Notes under the pieces: generated by a model
Told to the model about the DNA's origin: nothing
Databases searched by the model: none
The model's input: the letters and a program-made list of their open reading frames with translations, nothing else
Made by a program: the position numbers and the translations under genes
Source of the DNA: a virus
Lineage: Duplodnaviria; Caudoviricetes
Length of the DNA stretch: 64,000 nt
Virus record (IMG/VR): IMGVR_UViG_3300026549_000036
Strand: one strand, 5' to 3'
In this document: piece after piece, positions 20,114 through 30,327 of the stretch
Numbering within the stretch: position 1 is the stretch's first letter
Layout: each line of letters opens with the position of its first letter

Positions 20114-21992
20114 AGGTGGAAATGCTAAAGCCAAAAATGGTGCTGAAGCTTCAAAAGTAAACATTAAGGCTTTTACAGATAAACAATACGAATCATACAA
20201 GTTAGACATTATTAACCTGGTTCTTGCTATCAACAAGAAGTTTGAAGAAGCTTATGACGAACCTTTGTTTCCTTCAAACGATTTAATCACCAGTGCTAAA
20301 ATCTTCTCAGGTTCCGCTAATACATTCTTCAAGAAATCAAAAGAAGAATATACAGCTATTAAATCTGCTTTAGGTGACATTGACGTCCAAGTAAATAAAA
20401 ACAAGAAAGATAAAGTTAAAGAGTTCCTCGTCAATAACGAAGGAACTAATTTTGCTGGCTTTACCTTGTTGGGAACTCAGTTCGGTATGGATTTCTTTAA
20501 CATTTTCCAAGCTCCAAAGAAATACAATCCTGCCGCTACAAACATTCAAATTGACTTTGAATTTGTCTTGTATAATGACAATGGCGACATTGACGAATTG
20601 GATGTTTATATTAGAAATTCCGACTGGGACGATTTGAAAGAAGGCATTAAAGGTTTTGCTAAACAGCGTCTTATTCCTTCTATCTACAAAGCCATCTATG
20701 GTGTTCCAGGTGTTGTATTCCAAAATAAGAAAGACTTGCCTTCTAAGGGTTATAAGAAAGACGAAGTTTCTTACAAAACATTCGGTCCTATGGGTTCAAG
20801 AGTAAAATATAACCAGGTAAAGGACGAAAATGGTAACCCTGTAAATTACGAAGGTAAACCAGCATTTAGAGAAATTCCAACTTCTCAGTCTACATTTAAC
20901 AGAAACTTAGACAACGCATTTGAAGAAATGTTTGGAAAGAAACCTACTGGTGCGGAAAAACAAAAAATGTATTCATTCATTGGTGTTCTTTCTCTTATGA
21001 AAAAATACTTGAATGAAAACCAGATTAAGAGAACATATAAGTTCTTCTACGAAGATATTACAGAAATTACTGACGATGAAACAGTTTTAAATGCTATCTT
21101 TAATAAGTTTAAAGAAGTGTTCCCATTCATAAACGAATCCTTGTCCTTTGAAAAATATGCTCAAAAAATGATGTTGGGCGAAGCATTTAGTAAAGGACTT
21201 GCACCTAAATTTAGTTTGGGAACAATAAATGTTTTCAACAAATACGATTGGAAGATTGGTAATCTACTTGGAGAAGCAAATGAAGTTGCTGGCTCCGAAG
21301 AAAATATGATGTATATTGCCAAGACCATTGTAGATAACATTGAAACTGGTAACGATGGCAAGCCAGCTAAGGTTTGGATGTGTGGTGGTGCTGTAAGAGA
21401 CGAAATCCTTGGCAAACAAAGTAATGACATAGATTTAATGACTAACTGTGATGTCAAAGAAGTAGCACAATTATTTGACAGATGTGAAGTTGCTAGAACA
21501 GGAAATGCTAGATTAGCAAGAGTTTATATTGACAATGACTTGTTTGAATTGGGTTGTCTAGAAGTTGGTGATACCATTGAACATAACCTTGATAGTAGAG
21601 ATTTGACCTGTAATGCTATCTTGAAGGATTTGTCTACTGGAGAATACTTTGACCCTATCGGTGGTATGAAGGATATCCGAGCAAAACGAATTCGTTTTAC
21701 AACGGCTGCTAGAGAAAAAATTTCAGCAGGTAAAGACCCAGCAGAATTGTTGAGAGCCTTCCGCTTTATGGCTCAGCTTGGTTGGAATTTTGCTCCGGAC
21801 ACAGCTAAAGCAATTCAGTCATACTCTAACATTACCGGTGGTAAGATTAAGATTCAGCTCAAAGCAGCATTAGGACCTGCTAACTGGAAGAAACTTATCA
21901 AGGGCAAATACAAAGATAAAGCACTAGCCGCTTTGGAACAATATGGCTTTATGGATTGGGCTAAATCAACATTCCCAGAAGATTTTCAATAA
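20097..21992 (+). CDS. two-domain nucleotidyltransferase: N-terminal NTase-like plus C-terminal CCA-adding/poly(A) polymerase head
   Basis: SGS..GDIDVQ; GGAVRD, DIDL, RDLTCNA, LLRAFRF. Confidence 0.75.
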   Translation: MNFLFEGGNAKAKNGAEASKVNIKAFTDKQYESYKLDIINLVLAINKKFEEAYDEPLFPSNDLITSAKIFSGSANTFFKKSKEEYTAIKSALGDIDVQVNKNKKDKVKEFLVNNEGTNFAGFTLLGTQFGMDFFNIFQAPKKYNPAATNIQIDFEFVLYNDNGDIDELDVYIRNSDWDDLKEGIKGFAKQRLIPSIYKAIYGVPGVVFQNKKDLPSKGYKKDEVSYKTFGPMGSRVKYNQVKDENGNPVNYEGKPAFREIPTSQSTFNRNLDNAFEEMFGKKPTGAEKQKMYSFIGVLSLMKKYLNENQIKRTYKFFYEDITEITDDETVLNAIFNKFKEVFPFINESLSFEKYAQKMMLGEAFSKGLAPKFSLGTINVFNKYDWKIGNLLGEANEVAGSEENMMYIAKTIVDNIETGNDGKPAKVWMCGGAVRDEILGKQSNDIDLMTNCDVKEVAQLFDRCEVARTGNARLARVYIDNDLFELGCLEVGDTIEHNLDSRDLTCNAILKDLSTGEYFDPIGGMKDIRAKRIRFTTAAREKISAGKDPAELLRAFRFMAQLGWNFAPDTAKAIQSYSNITGGKIKIQLKAALGPANWKKLIKGKYKDKALAALEQYGFMDWAKSTFPEDFQ

Positions 21993-22001
21993 GGATTTAA
22001 A

Positions 22002-23819
22002 ATGCCTACAAAATTAGTTACGATTAAGTCTAAAAGAAAAGAAAATTTTGGTGAACCTGTAGAAGTTAGTGCTTACTACTGGACACCAAAGAATAAATTG
22101 CTCGGCGTTCTTTTCGGTCATTTTGCCCCATTCACAGGAAAATATGGGCATGCCCGCTTGATTTATGAAGCACAAAAACACGGGATTGAAGATTTCGTAG
22201 TTGTTATGCCTACAAATACTTCACCTTTGGATGACAACAGAAATTTATTTACTGACGAACAGAAAATAAAAATTGTCAAAGAAGGTTGTAAAGAATTAGG
22301 AATTAACCTTCTTGATTGCTGGGTTGAAAATTTCAGAGTACCAAATGCTGTAATGGGTATGGTTCAAAGAAAGTACCAAGATTACAGAATTGTTGTTTGT
22401 TGTGGACCAGATAGAGCCAAGCAATATACAAGACTAGCTGTTCCATTTGACATTAACAATACTCCATTTTTAGACCCCGAAGACCCTAACTTTAGAAAAC
22501 AAGAAATGCTTGTTTGCGAAGACAGAGGTGAAAAAGAAATTTCAGGAACTAAAATCAGAGACATTTTGAAAAATGGAACTGTTAGTGAATTTACAAAAGA
22601 AACAGGTTACTCATCTAAAATGTGGGTAATGATGAGAAACTTCATTAAAAAGAACGGAATTGTTGAAATAAATGAATCCTTCTTTGAAAAGTATAACAAA
22701 GAAAAATACTTGAATGAAGAAATGGTAGATACCCCTAAGGTCCATATCAAACACTTGTATAACCCAGGTAACTCAATGCAGTTGAAACCAAATGAATTTT
22801 TGGAAATTATTGACTGGTTGAAAGCACAGAATGGTAAATTAGACGATAACATAAATGTTTCTTATTCCGAGAAATGTGATGGATTGCCTTGTAGATTTGG
22901 ATTGGATAGTAACGGTAGATTCTTCCTAGAACAAGGTAAATCTGGTCCAATTTTTGACGCTGAAGAGTTCACTAACCGAGACATTGAACGTGTTGGTTTC
23001 AAGACTAGAATTAACACAGCTTGGAAAAAGGTCTTTAGAAAACTTGAAAGCGATAAAAAGATTATGAACATTCTCAAAAAATATAATACTGAGAGTGGTC
23101 TAAAGGTTATTGGTGAAGTTTTTATCAACTCAGTAGCTTTCAAAGGAAGAACAGACGATTTAATTCGTTACATTGGTACTGAGTATTATAAGTCCAAAAT
23201 GGGTACTTTCTGTTCATTTGTTCTCATAAATGCTATTGATGGCGAGAACAATGACCTTGAAAATTTTGAACAGTTGAAAAATGCTTTGATAAAAGTTTCC
23301 AGTCCTGAAATTATGTTTGACGATACGAATTACAAAAATAAATTCGGCGCCATAGATTTCAATGACGAAATTAAAGAATTGGACGATGTAATTAAGGGTC
23401 TTGAAAAAGAATTTGGTTCTGATGTCAAGAGCATTTTGGCAAATCCTTCAAGAAAGAAGGACGATTTGTCAAAGAAAAAACGCATTAAAGAACTCATTGA
23501 AGAATACCAAGGTAAGTTTGACAGAAAGATACAAAATCTTTTCAATAAGACAGATGGTAAGTGGGGACCTGAAAGAGAAGGTGTAGTTTTGAAATTAGCA
23601 AACAACATAATGCTAAAAATTACATCAGATAGTTTCAAGAAGTTCCAAGCTAACAATAAAAAAGAAAATGATATTTACGGCTTCCAAAAGCACCGCGAAT
23701 GGATTTTTGGACCAGCTGACGAAGAAGATGAACAAAATGAAAGTCTTTCTACAGTTGTAAATAATTTTTCTAAAATTGTTGGTGAGTTTATTACTGAAAG
23801 CAAACAGTTTAATAAATAG
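22002..23819 (+). CDS. HIGH-type cytidylyl/adenylyltransferase fused to RNA-ligase-like nucleotidyltransferase domain
   Basis: FGHFAPFT..GH, CGPDR, ISGTKIR; EKCDG, GEVF, EGVV, LKI. Confidence 0.6.
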   Translation: MPTKLVTIKSKRKENFGEPVEVSAYYWTPKNKLLGVLFGHFAPFTGKYGHARLIYEAQKHGIEDFVVVMPTNTSPLDDNRNLFTDEQKIKIVKEGCKELGINLLDCWVENFRVPNAVMGMVQRKYQDYRIVVCCGPDRAKQYTRLAVPFDINNTPFLDPEDPNFRKQEMLVCEDRGEKEISGTKIRDILKNGTVSEFTKETGYSSKMWVMMRNFIKKNGIVEINESFFEKYNKEKYLNEEMVDTPKVHIKHLYNPGNSMQLKPNEFLEIIDWLKAQNGKLDDNINVSYSEKCDGLPCRFGLDSNGRFFLEQGKSGPIFDAEEFTNRDIERVGFKTRINTAWKKVFRKLESDKKIMNILKKYNTESGLKVIGEVFINSVAFKGRTDDLIRYIGTEYYKSKMGTFCSFVLINAIDGENNDLENFEQLKNALIKVSSPEIMFDDTNYKNKFGAIDFNDEIKELDDVIKGLEKEFGSDVKSILANPSRKKDDLSKKKRIKELIEEYQGKFDRKIQNLFNKTDGKWGPEREGVVLKLANNIMLKITSDSFKKFQANNKKENDIYGFQKHREWIFGPADEEDEQNESLSTVVNNFSKIVGEFITESKQFNK

Positions 23820-23837
23820 TATATTAGGAGAATTTCT

Positions 23838-25169
23838 ATGATTGGAAAGTTTACAGAATGGGTTAATGCTAATAATATACTAGACGAAGCAAATTTTATT
23901 GTTGATGTAAACAAGACTAAAGCTACTGACCACCATTCACCAACTTATTTTGAGATAACATATCTTGATAAAATTAAGAAGATTTTGTTAGATGGAAAGC
24001 CAATTTTTCTTGACGTTCCAAAGAACATTACAATAAATGATGTTACTACTGAAAAATATGATTATTTGACAATTAAAGATTTCAAAGCAAAAGATTTGGA
24101 AAAAGCAAAAACATATACTGATTTTTGTAATTCTTTAAATATGAAATCACAAAAGGTCAGAGCATTACATCTAAATCAAAGTAATTTCGTAAGTCATATT
24201 TGGAAAGGTTCTTTCAGTAATCGTGGTAATAGTTCATCTAAAGGTGGTGTTTTTGAAGTATTGCTTACTAGAGCACTTGAACAATACCAACAAGACCCAA
24301 AGAAAGTAGAAGCACGATATAAGACTGCTATTGAAAAAATCCTTAAAATTATTGGACTAAAAGACAAGTCTAAATTTAAGAAATGGGATGTTAAGAACAA
24401 TGGTAACAACCGTTCTAAACGATTGAATTCTTTGTATGCTAATTTGGAATCAATATCTGATATTACCAAATTGGAATTTGAAGAAGAAGAGCATAACATT
24501 GGTAAGACAGTTTCCGATTTGATTATTACTGCCCCAAATGGTACTGAATTTTATTTGTCTTTGAAACACGGTAGCACAAATGAAATTGTAAACTTTGGCG
24601 CAGCTAAAATTAGAAAATCACTTGAACAACTTTACAATGACTATGTGGCTAAAGGCGAAAAACCAAATTCTATTAACTCATTAGCTTCAACATTCTTAAA
24701 GAATTATTGTAAGGTATTTAACCTTAATCTTGCTAAATTGTTAGCAAGTTATGATTTGGTTAGTAATGATAAAGAGCCACAACTAAAAACATTTGATAAA
24801 TTAAAGAACACTAAGTGCAGTAACAGTGGTGTTATTTCCGAACAATTATCTAAACTAATTGCTTATTGTATCGGCTATGGTTACATTTATGTTCACGATA
24901 CTGGTAAAGAAATTGAAGTCATTGACATAATGGAAAATGAAGATTTGGCAGAAATGATTAGAAAATACTCTGGTAACTATAATGTAAAATATGCTTGTGA
25001 TACTGGTGCTAAAACTGTATTTGATTTTGACTTGTGCGACAAGAAAGATAAAAAAGACATTTTCATTCCACAGTCAAGATTTGAATTAAGACCAAATGCT
25101 GGTGCTGAAATTAACTTGTTCTCATTGAAGTTAAATATAAACGCCTCCGAAATGGGTAATAATGGCTGA
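23838..25169 (+). CDS. putative PD-(D/E)XK (restriction-like) endonuclease
   Basis: GGVFE...SDLII...LSLK; overlaps the adjacent MTase gene. Confidence 0.5.
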   Translation: MIGKFTEWVNANNILDEANFIVDVNKTKATDHHSPTYFEITYLDKIKKILLDGKPIFLDVPKNITINDVTTEKYDYLTIKDFKAKDLEKAKTYTDFCNSLNMKSQKVRALHLNQSNFVSHIWKGSFSNRGNSSSKGGVFEVLLTRALEQYQQDPKKVEARYKTAIEKILKIIGLKDKSKFKKWDVKNNGNNRSKRLNSLYANLESISDITKLEFEEEEHNIGKTVSDLIITAPNGTEFYLSLKHGSTNEIVNFGAAKIRKSLEQLYNDYVAKGEKPNSINSLASTFLKNYCKVFNLNLAKLLASYDLVSNDKEPQLKTFDKLKNTKCSNSGVISEQLSKLIAYCIGYGYIYVHDTGKEIEVIDIMENEDLAEMIRKYSGNYNVKYACDTGAKTVFDFDLCDKKDKKDIFIPQSRFELRPNAGAEINLFSLKLNINASEMGNNG

Positions 25170-26034
25170 ATTAGATAAATTTTATACAAACAAAAATATA
25201 GCAAAAAATTGTGTAGAAACCCTACACAATTTTCTTGTCATTGACACAAACGATTGTTTTCTTGAACCTACGGCAGGTGACGGTGCGTTCCTTGATTATT
25301 TGACTAACTACGAAGCATACGATTTAAAACCCGAAGACCCTAGAGTTATTGAACAAGACATTTTTAAGTTCGTTCCTAATAGAACAAATTATATTACGAT
25401 TGGAAACCCTCCATTCGGTAAGAGAAGCAAACTTGCTATTGATGTATTCAATACAGTAGCAAAGTATTCTGATGTAATTGCTTTCATTGTTCCAGTATCT
25501 TTCTTGAAATATAATGTTCAAAAAGAATTAGATAAAGATTTTAAACTTATACACAATTACATTCTTCCTGAAAATTCTTTCTTGGATAGAGGAAAAGTTT
25601 ATGATGTGAACTGTGTATTCCAAATTTGGGTTAAGAGTGGAACAAAGTTTGATACTCACCCAAACATTAGATTGCTAGAAAGACCAAAGATTTCCTGTGA
25701 CGATTTTAAGATATGGCAGTACAATGCGACAGAAAGTCAATTTAAAGTAGTCAATGAAGACTGGACTATTGCTGTGTATCGTCAAGGTTATAAAGATTAC
25801 AAAAAGATTTTCACTCAAAAAGATAAAGCAACTGTGATTAGTGAAATGGATGGAAGTTCTACTGGCAAAAAAATTCAATTCTTTTTCATTAAGCCACTGA
25901 ATGATACGGCAAAATCCATTATAAATAAAATTGATTTTGAGAAGTTGGCTAACCGAAATACAAGTACTCCTGGGTTCGGAAAAGCCGATTTCGTAGATTA
26001 TTATAATGAATTAAAACAGGAACTTGGTTCCTGA
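25162..26034 (+). CDS. N6-adenine DNA methyltransferase, gamma class
   Basis: DKFYT, EPTAGDG, GNPPF. Confidence 0.85.
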   Translation: MAELDKFYTNKNIAKNCVETLHNFLVIDTNDCFLEPTAGDGAFLDYLTNYEAYDLKPEDPRVIEQDIFKFVPNRTNYITIGNPPFGKRSKLAIDVFNTVAKYSDVIAFIVPVSFLKYNVQKELDKDFKLIHNYILPENSFLDRGKVYDVNCVFQIWVKSGTKFDTHPNIRLLERPKISCDDFKIWQYNATESQFKVVNEDWTIAVYRQGYKDYKKIFTQKDKATVISEMDGSSTGKKIQFFFIKPLNDTAKSIINKIDFEKLANRNTSTPGFGKADFVDYYNELKQELGS

Positions 26035-26053
26035 AAATTTTTGAGGTGAATTT

Positions 26054-26849
26054 ATGATTAAACCAGATGTACATATAGAACTTTGGAACGCATTTAATGA
26101 TATTAGTTTTAATGAACCAGACCACAAATATACAGATTCTAAAGGAACTTTGTATCAGTCCGCTACCGGTTGGATAAAACAATTTGAAGCAGATACCGAT
26201 TGGGAAGAAATTAAGAAAAATAAAGCACAAAAACTTGGTATTCCCGTAGAACAATTATCTAAAGAGTGGGAACGCAAAGGTGATTATGCAACTCATCTTC
26301 GGTACTCAAGTTCACGCAGTAATGGAATATGGGTGGCAGAAAAAGAACTATAATTTTGACAAGCGATTGAACAAAGATTTTCCTGAAATGGAAGAAGATT
26401 TCAACTACCGCAAAGGTGTATGTAAAGACATTATGAATAAGATGAAAAAGATTTATGTACCTATTGCGAATGAATTTATTGTGTATGACCAGGAAAATGC
26501 TATATGTGGCACAATAGATGCAATAATGTATAACACTAAAAAAGATGTATTTAGTATCATTGACTGGAAAACATCAAAAAAATTTGACACCGGGAATCAA
26601 TGGTCTGAATATATGAAAGACCCATTCAATCATGTTATTAACTGTAATACTTCACATTATTCTCTTCAGTTGTCATTGTACAAATACATTTTGGAAAAAT
26701 ATACTTCAATAAAAATTGGTGAACTTGTTTTATTTCAAATTCCTGGTAAAGAAAATCCAATGCCTCAAGTATTTCGCTGTTTAGATTTTAGTTCTCAAAT
26801 TGCTAAATACTTTAATGATAAGAAAAAAGAGAAAGGACAGATAGGTTAA
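26054..26849 (+). CDS. PD-(D/E)XK exonuclease (RecB/Cas4-like); +1 frameshift at CGGT 26300-26303 (264 aa joined)
   Basis: SATGWI, L-GTQVH, GTIDAI, IIDWKT, QLSLY; GAGGTG RBS. Confidence 0.85.
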
Positions 26850-26949
26850 TAATCTCACCTATTTGGGATAGTGTTTCCACCACTATCCCTAACTTTTATA
26901 AATATATTAGTCTATGTGGAAATGGACTATAAACTATAAAGGAGATTAT
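26832..26949 (+). promoter_or_regulatory. structured cis-regulatory leader with late promoter (HEG 2)
   Basis: three hairpins, TATAAATA 26897-26904, loop-loop and loop-RBS complementarity. Confidence 0.7.
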
Positions 26950-27867
26950 ATGTTTCATTGTGAAATTTGTCATAATGATTTTGTGAACATTCAATCATTT
27001 GCTCAGCATTTTAAGAAACACCATAATATAACATACGAACAGTATTTTGATGATTATATAGAACCAAATACTGACCATATTTGCCCGATATGTAAATTAC
27101 ACAAAAGAAAATTCTTTAAAGGTAAATATAGACAAACTTGTGGAAATCCAAATTGTCGTGCTAAGTGTATAACAAAAACTTGTATAGAACAAAATGGTGT
27201 TAATAATAATTTTTTGGTTAAAAATGAATGTGGTAAATGTAAAAGAGATATAACTAATAAAAAGAATACTGGTTATGAACATCCATTTCAAAACCCAAAA
27301 ATACAAAATAAAGTAAAGAAATACAATAATGAAAAATATGGAACTGATTATCCATTAGAATCAAAAAAATATTGGGAAGAAAATAAATTATCAAATCCAA
27401 TGCATAATCCTGATATAGTCAAAAAACTTATAGAAACAAGAAGAAAAAATGGGAATATAAGTAATAGTAAACGAATTTATTATAAAAATGAAAAATTTGA
27501 TAGTAAATGGGAATTGGCATATTATATTTGGTTAGAAGATCATAACATTAAATTTACAAGAGAACCTTTATCTTTTGAATATAGTTATGACGATAAAATA
27601 CATTATTATGTACCAGATTTTAAAATTGAAGATAAAATAATAGAAATTAAAGGTCTGCAATTTTTTGAAAATAATGACCCAACTAAAAGAATGATAAATC
27701 CCTATGACAGAACACAAGACGATTTATATGAAGCAAAACATCAATGTATGCTCAAAAATGAGGTAGAAATAATAACAGATTGTACTGAATATATAAATTA
27801 TGTAGAAACTGTATATGGTAAAAATTATCTAGACCAATTCATTAAAAGAAAAAGATTGAAAAAATAA
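26950..27867 (+). CDS. free-standing homing-endonuclease-like protein 2
   Basis: C2H2/CxxC fingers, FDSKWE...YVPDF...EIKG. Confidence 0.7.
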   Translation: MFHCEICHNDFVNIQSFAQHFKKHHNITYEQYFDDYIEPNTDHICPICKLHKRKFFKGKYRQTCGNPNCRAKCITKTCIEQNGVNNNFLVKNECGKCKRDITNKKNTGYEHPFQNPKIQNKVKKYNNEKYGTDYPLESKKYWEENKLSNPMHNPDIVKKLIETRRKNGNISNSKRIYYKNEKFDSKWELAYYIWLEDHNIKFTREPLSFEYSYDDKIHYYVPDFKIEDKIIEIKGLQFFENNDPTKRMINPYDRTQDDLYEAKHQCMLKNEVEIITDCTEYINYVETVYGKNYLDQFIKRKRLKK

Positions 27868-27888
27868 AGTACAATTTAAAATAATTAT

Positions 27889-27930
27889 AAATGGCGGTGT
27901 ATTGACATCGCCATTTTCTTTTTGTATATT
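27889..27930 (+). terminator. terminator fused to sigma70-like promoter
   Basis: AAATGGCGGTGT-ATTG-ACATCGCCATTT; TTGACA 27902-N17-TATATT 27925. Confidence 0.75.
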
Positions 27931-27937
27931 AGATATT

Positions 27938-28297
27938 ATGGAACTAAAAATTTATTATAAAACAGAAGATAGCGAAGCGTTCTATAAACGAACTTTGCCA
28001 GATGAAATTACTTCAATTAACTTGTATTTAAATGATTCTGGTGGTGGTCAGATTGAATACTTATATCCACACCCGAATGATGGCAAAAAGATTTCAAGAA
28101 GTGATTGTTTGAGCTTTGCCGATGATGGTGTTACCTATGTTGAAGTAAATGGAAAAGATAAATTCGTCCTCCGTAATAGAAAAGATTTTATAGCATTTTA
28201 TAAGTATTTAACAGATTTTGATGTAGATAAGTTTATAAAAGATTTTAAGGCTTTTGATAAAGAACAAAATATAAACGAGGACTTTGATGAAGATTGA
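27938..28297 (+). CDS. hypothetical protein, DF-tail family
   Basis: ends KEQNINEDFDED. Confidence 0.7.
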   Translation: MELKIYYKTEDSEAFYKRTLPDEITSINLYLNDSGGGQIEYLYPHPNDGKKISRSDCLSFADDGVTYVEVNGKDKFVLRNRKDFIAFYKYLTDFDVDKFIKDFKAFDKEQNINEDFDED

Positions 28298-28648
28298 ACA
28301 AATTATAACTGACACAACTAAACAATGGTCAGGCATTAACTCCCTAATTATACCAGACAGAATCAATAAAATAAATTTATTTTTCTTCGGGATGATAATA
28401 AAGACACACTAGCACGATTGTTATTCTGCTATCCGATGATATGGAACCGTGGTGTTGGGAATAATACTGAAACAATAGACATTATGAAAGGTAGTTACAT
28501 TGTTGTCAATGACAATAAGACATTTTATATGACTGACAAACAAGATGTAACTGAACTATACAGTTGGTTGACTGGTACTGATTTCAATAAACGAGTCAAA
28601 GAACTTAAAGAGTTCGGAAAGAAACAAAAGATTGCTAAGGATTTCTAA
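28287..28648 (+). pseudogene. DF-tail paralog of 27938, frameshifted in a T-run near 28380
   Basis: MKIEQ...INKINLF joins LRDDNK...KIAKDF only with a -1/+2 shift. Confidence 0.55.
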
Positions 28649-29073
28649 TGAAAGATTGTAGATTTCTGTTGCCATTTGTAGATGAATTGCGTAAACTGTA
28701 TCCTGACCATAAGATTGAATGGGTCAGAGATGATACCAATACTGAATACGAAAAGATAAACATTGATGATAAACCTTTCATTTATACAGAAATCGGCCAT
28801 ACAATAGATGAACTTGGTAAAGATAAAGTTGTTTCAGCAAGTATCGTTGTTGAATTTCAAAACTTATCTTCAGTTTCGGAATTTATGGGTTGGAGTATTG
28901 ATGACCCCTATTCAGTTATGAATGAAAGAACTGTACGATTATCATTGTTCAGTAATCATAAATGTTTAAGGGAAATCTTCAAATTTATTTTAACTGATAG
29001 TCCTGAATTAGTCCATAAGCAGATGGAAAATATATACAGACTGAGTGAAATGGAAAGAGACTTTTATGAATAA
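28648..29073 (+). CDS. hypothetical protein, DF-tail family
   Basis: ends RLSEMERDFYE. Confidence 0.7.
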   Translation: MKDCRFLLPFVDELRKLYPDHKIEWVRDDTNTEYEKINIDDKPFIYTEIGHTIDELGKDKVVSASIVVEFQNLSSVSEFMGWSIDDPYSVMNERTVRLSLFSNHKCLREIFKFILTDSPELVHKQMENIYRLSEMERDFYE

Positions 29074-29446
29074 AGAAGATTTATTTGCGAAAATGAAGTA
29101 TAGATTAGGAGCTGCATATCCACAATTTACATTCACTATTAAAGAAAATGCTTTAGTAATGAATAATAAAACTGCTGGTACTTTTATGGAAGCTCTTTCT
29201 GTACCAATACTTAGATATAATAAAGAAAGCGACAAAATGATATTGTCCTTTCCCAAGATTGTTAGCCCAGGTAAAAACACAAGTTCTCCTGGAAAAGAAT
29301 ATATAACACCCACTATTGACACCTACACCTTAGATTACTATAATGTTAGTGAGAATCACATTGACTACATTGTAGAAAATTTGTTGTCAGGTGTTATCCA
29401 AAAAGAAGTTACAAAATACGAAAGTATGAAAAAGGATTTTGAATGA
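29066..29446 (+). CDS. hypothetical protein, DF-tail family
   Basis: ends KYESMKKDFE. Confidence 0.7.
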   Translation: MNKEDLFAKMKYRLGAAYPQFTFTIKENALVMNNKTAGTFMEALSVPILRYNKESDKMILSFPKIVSPGKNTSSPGKEYITPTIDTYTLDYYNVSENHIDYIVENLLSGVIQKEVTKYESMKKDFE

Positions 29447-30315
29447 TAGAAGATTTTATTGATGAACAGAAAACTACGAAGGAAAAGGTTCTTTTGGTGG
29501 ACCTTCATAATCTGAGTATGCGACATCTGTTCGCTCAAATTCCTGACCCAACTGACATATCTTACTCTGAATATAAAGTCGGGATGCTTATGAGTATTCG
29601 TAAACTGGCAAGAACATTTCAACCGGACAGAATTATTTTCTGCCGAGAATCACACGATGGTAACTGGCGAAAATCTATCTACGCAGATTACAAAGGTAAT
29701 CGTGCTGCGGCTAGAGAATCGTCAGTTATTGACTTTAATTCGTTTTTCCCAATTAACGAAAAATTTATTGAAGGACTTGAGAAATGTATGAAGAACTCTC
29801 AATTCTTGACTGTTCCACATTTAGAGGCAGATGATTTGATTGCTCTAACTGTAATGAACGAACCTAATTGGGATATTACTTTAGTTTCAACAGATAAAGA
29901 TTTCTACCAACTTCACGCTTACAAGAATTTCCATCAGTGGGACCCGATTAAGGAAGAATACATACAAGTTATGAATCCTGAAGCCGCACTAATGGAAAAG
30001 ATTGTTTTGGGCGACCGTGGTGATAACATTCCTTCATTAAAGAAAGGTGTTGGTACGAAAACCTTCGCTAAAATTTATAGTGAGGGCTTGAATGAATGGT
30101 TATCACTCAATATGCTTCAGGAATCATTTGACAGAAACACAAAACTCATTTCGTTTAGATGTATTCCTGAAGAATATAAATCTCAGGTCAAGAATATAAT
30201 TGAAGACTTTGAGAAACAACCATTTGACGCCAGAGAATTTTTCAATTTCATTATTGGAGAAGGTCTCGGTGCGTTTATGGATAAAGCAACTGATTTTATT
30301 AACACTATGAAATAA
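29443..30315 (+). CDS. rnh: 5'-3' exonuclease / T4 RNase H (FEN family)
   Basis: WRKSIYADYKGNR, EADD, STDKDFYQL, GDRGDNIP. Confidence 0.9.
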   Translation: MIEDFIDEQKTTKEKVLLVDLHNLSMRHLFAQIPDPTDISYSEYKVGMLMSIRKLARTFQPDRIIFCRESHDGNWRKSIYADYKGNRAAARESSVIDFNSFFPINEKFIEGLEKCMKNSQFLTVPHLEADDLIALTVMNEPNWDITLVSTDKDFYQLHAYKNFHQWDPIKEEYIQVMNPEAALMEKIVLGDRGDNIPSLKKGVGTKTFAKIYSEGLNEWLSLNMLQESFDRNTKLISFRCIPEEYKSQVKNIIEDFEKQPFDAREFFNFIIGEGLGAFMDKATDFINTMK

Positions 30316-30327
30316 GGAGACCAGAAT

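Noticed and set aside
28287-28420. Frameshift beside CTTCGGG at 28385-28391
   Set aside because: Needs a -1/+2 shift in the preceding T-run. The CGG is in the downstream frame and followed by G, so it does not fit the +1 CGG[A/T] pattern.
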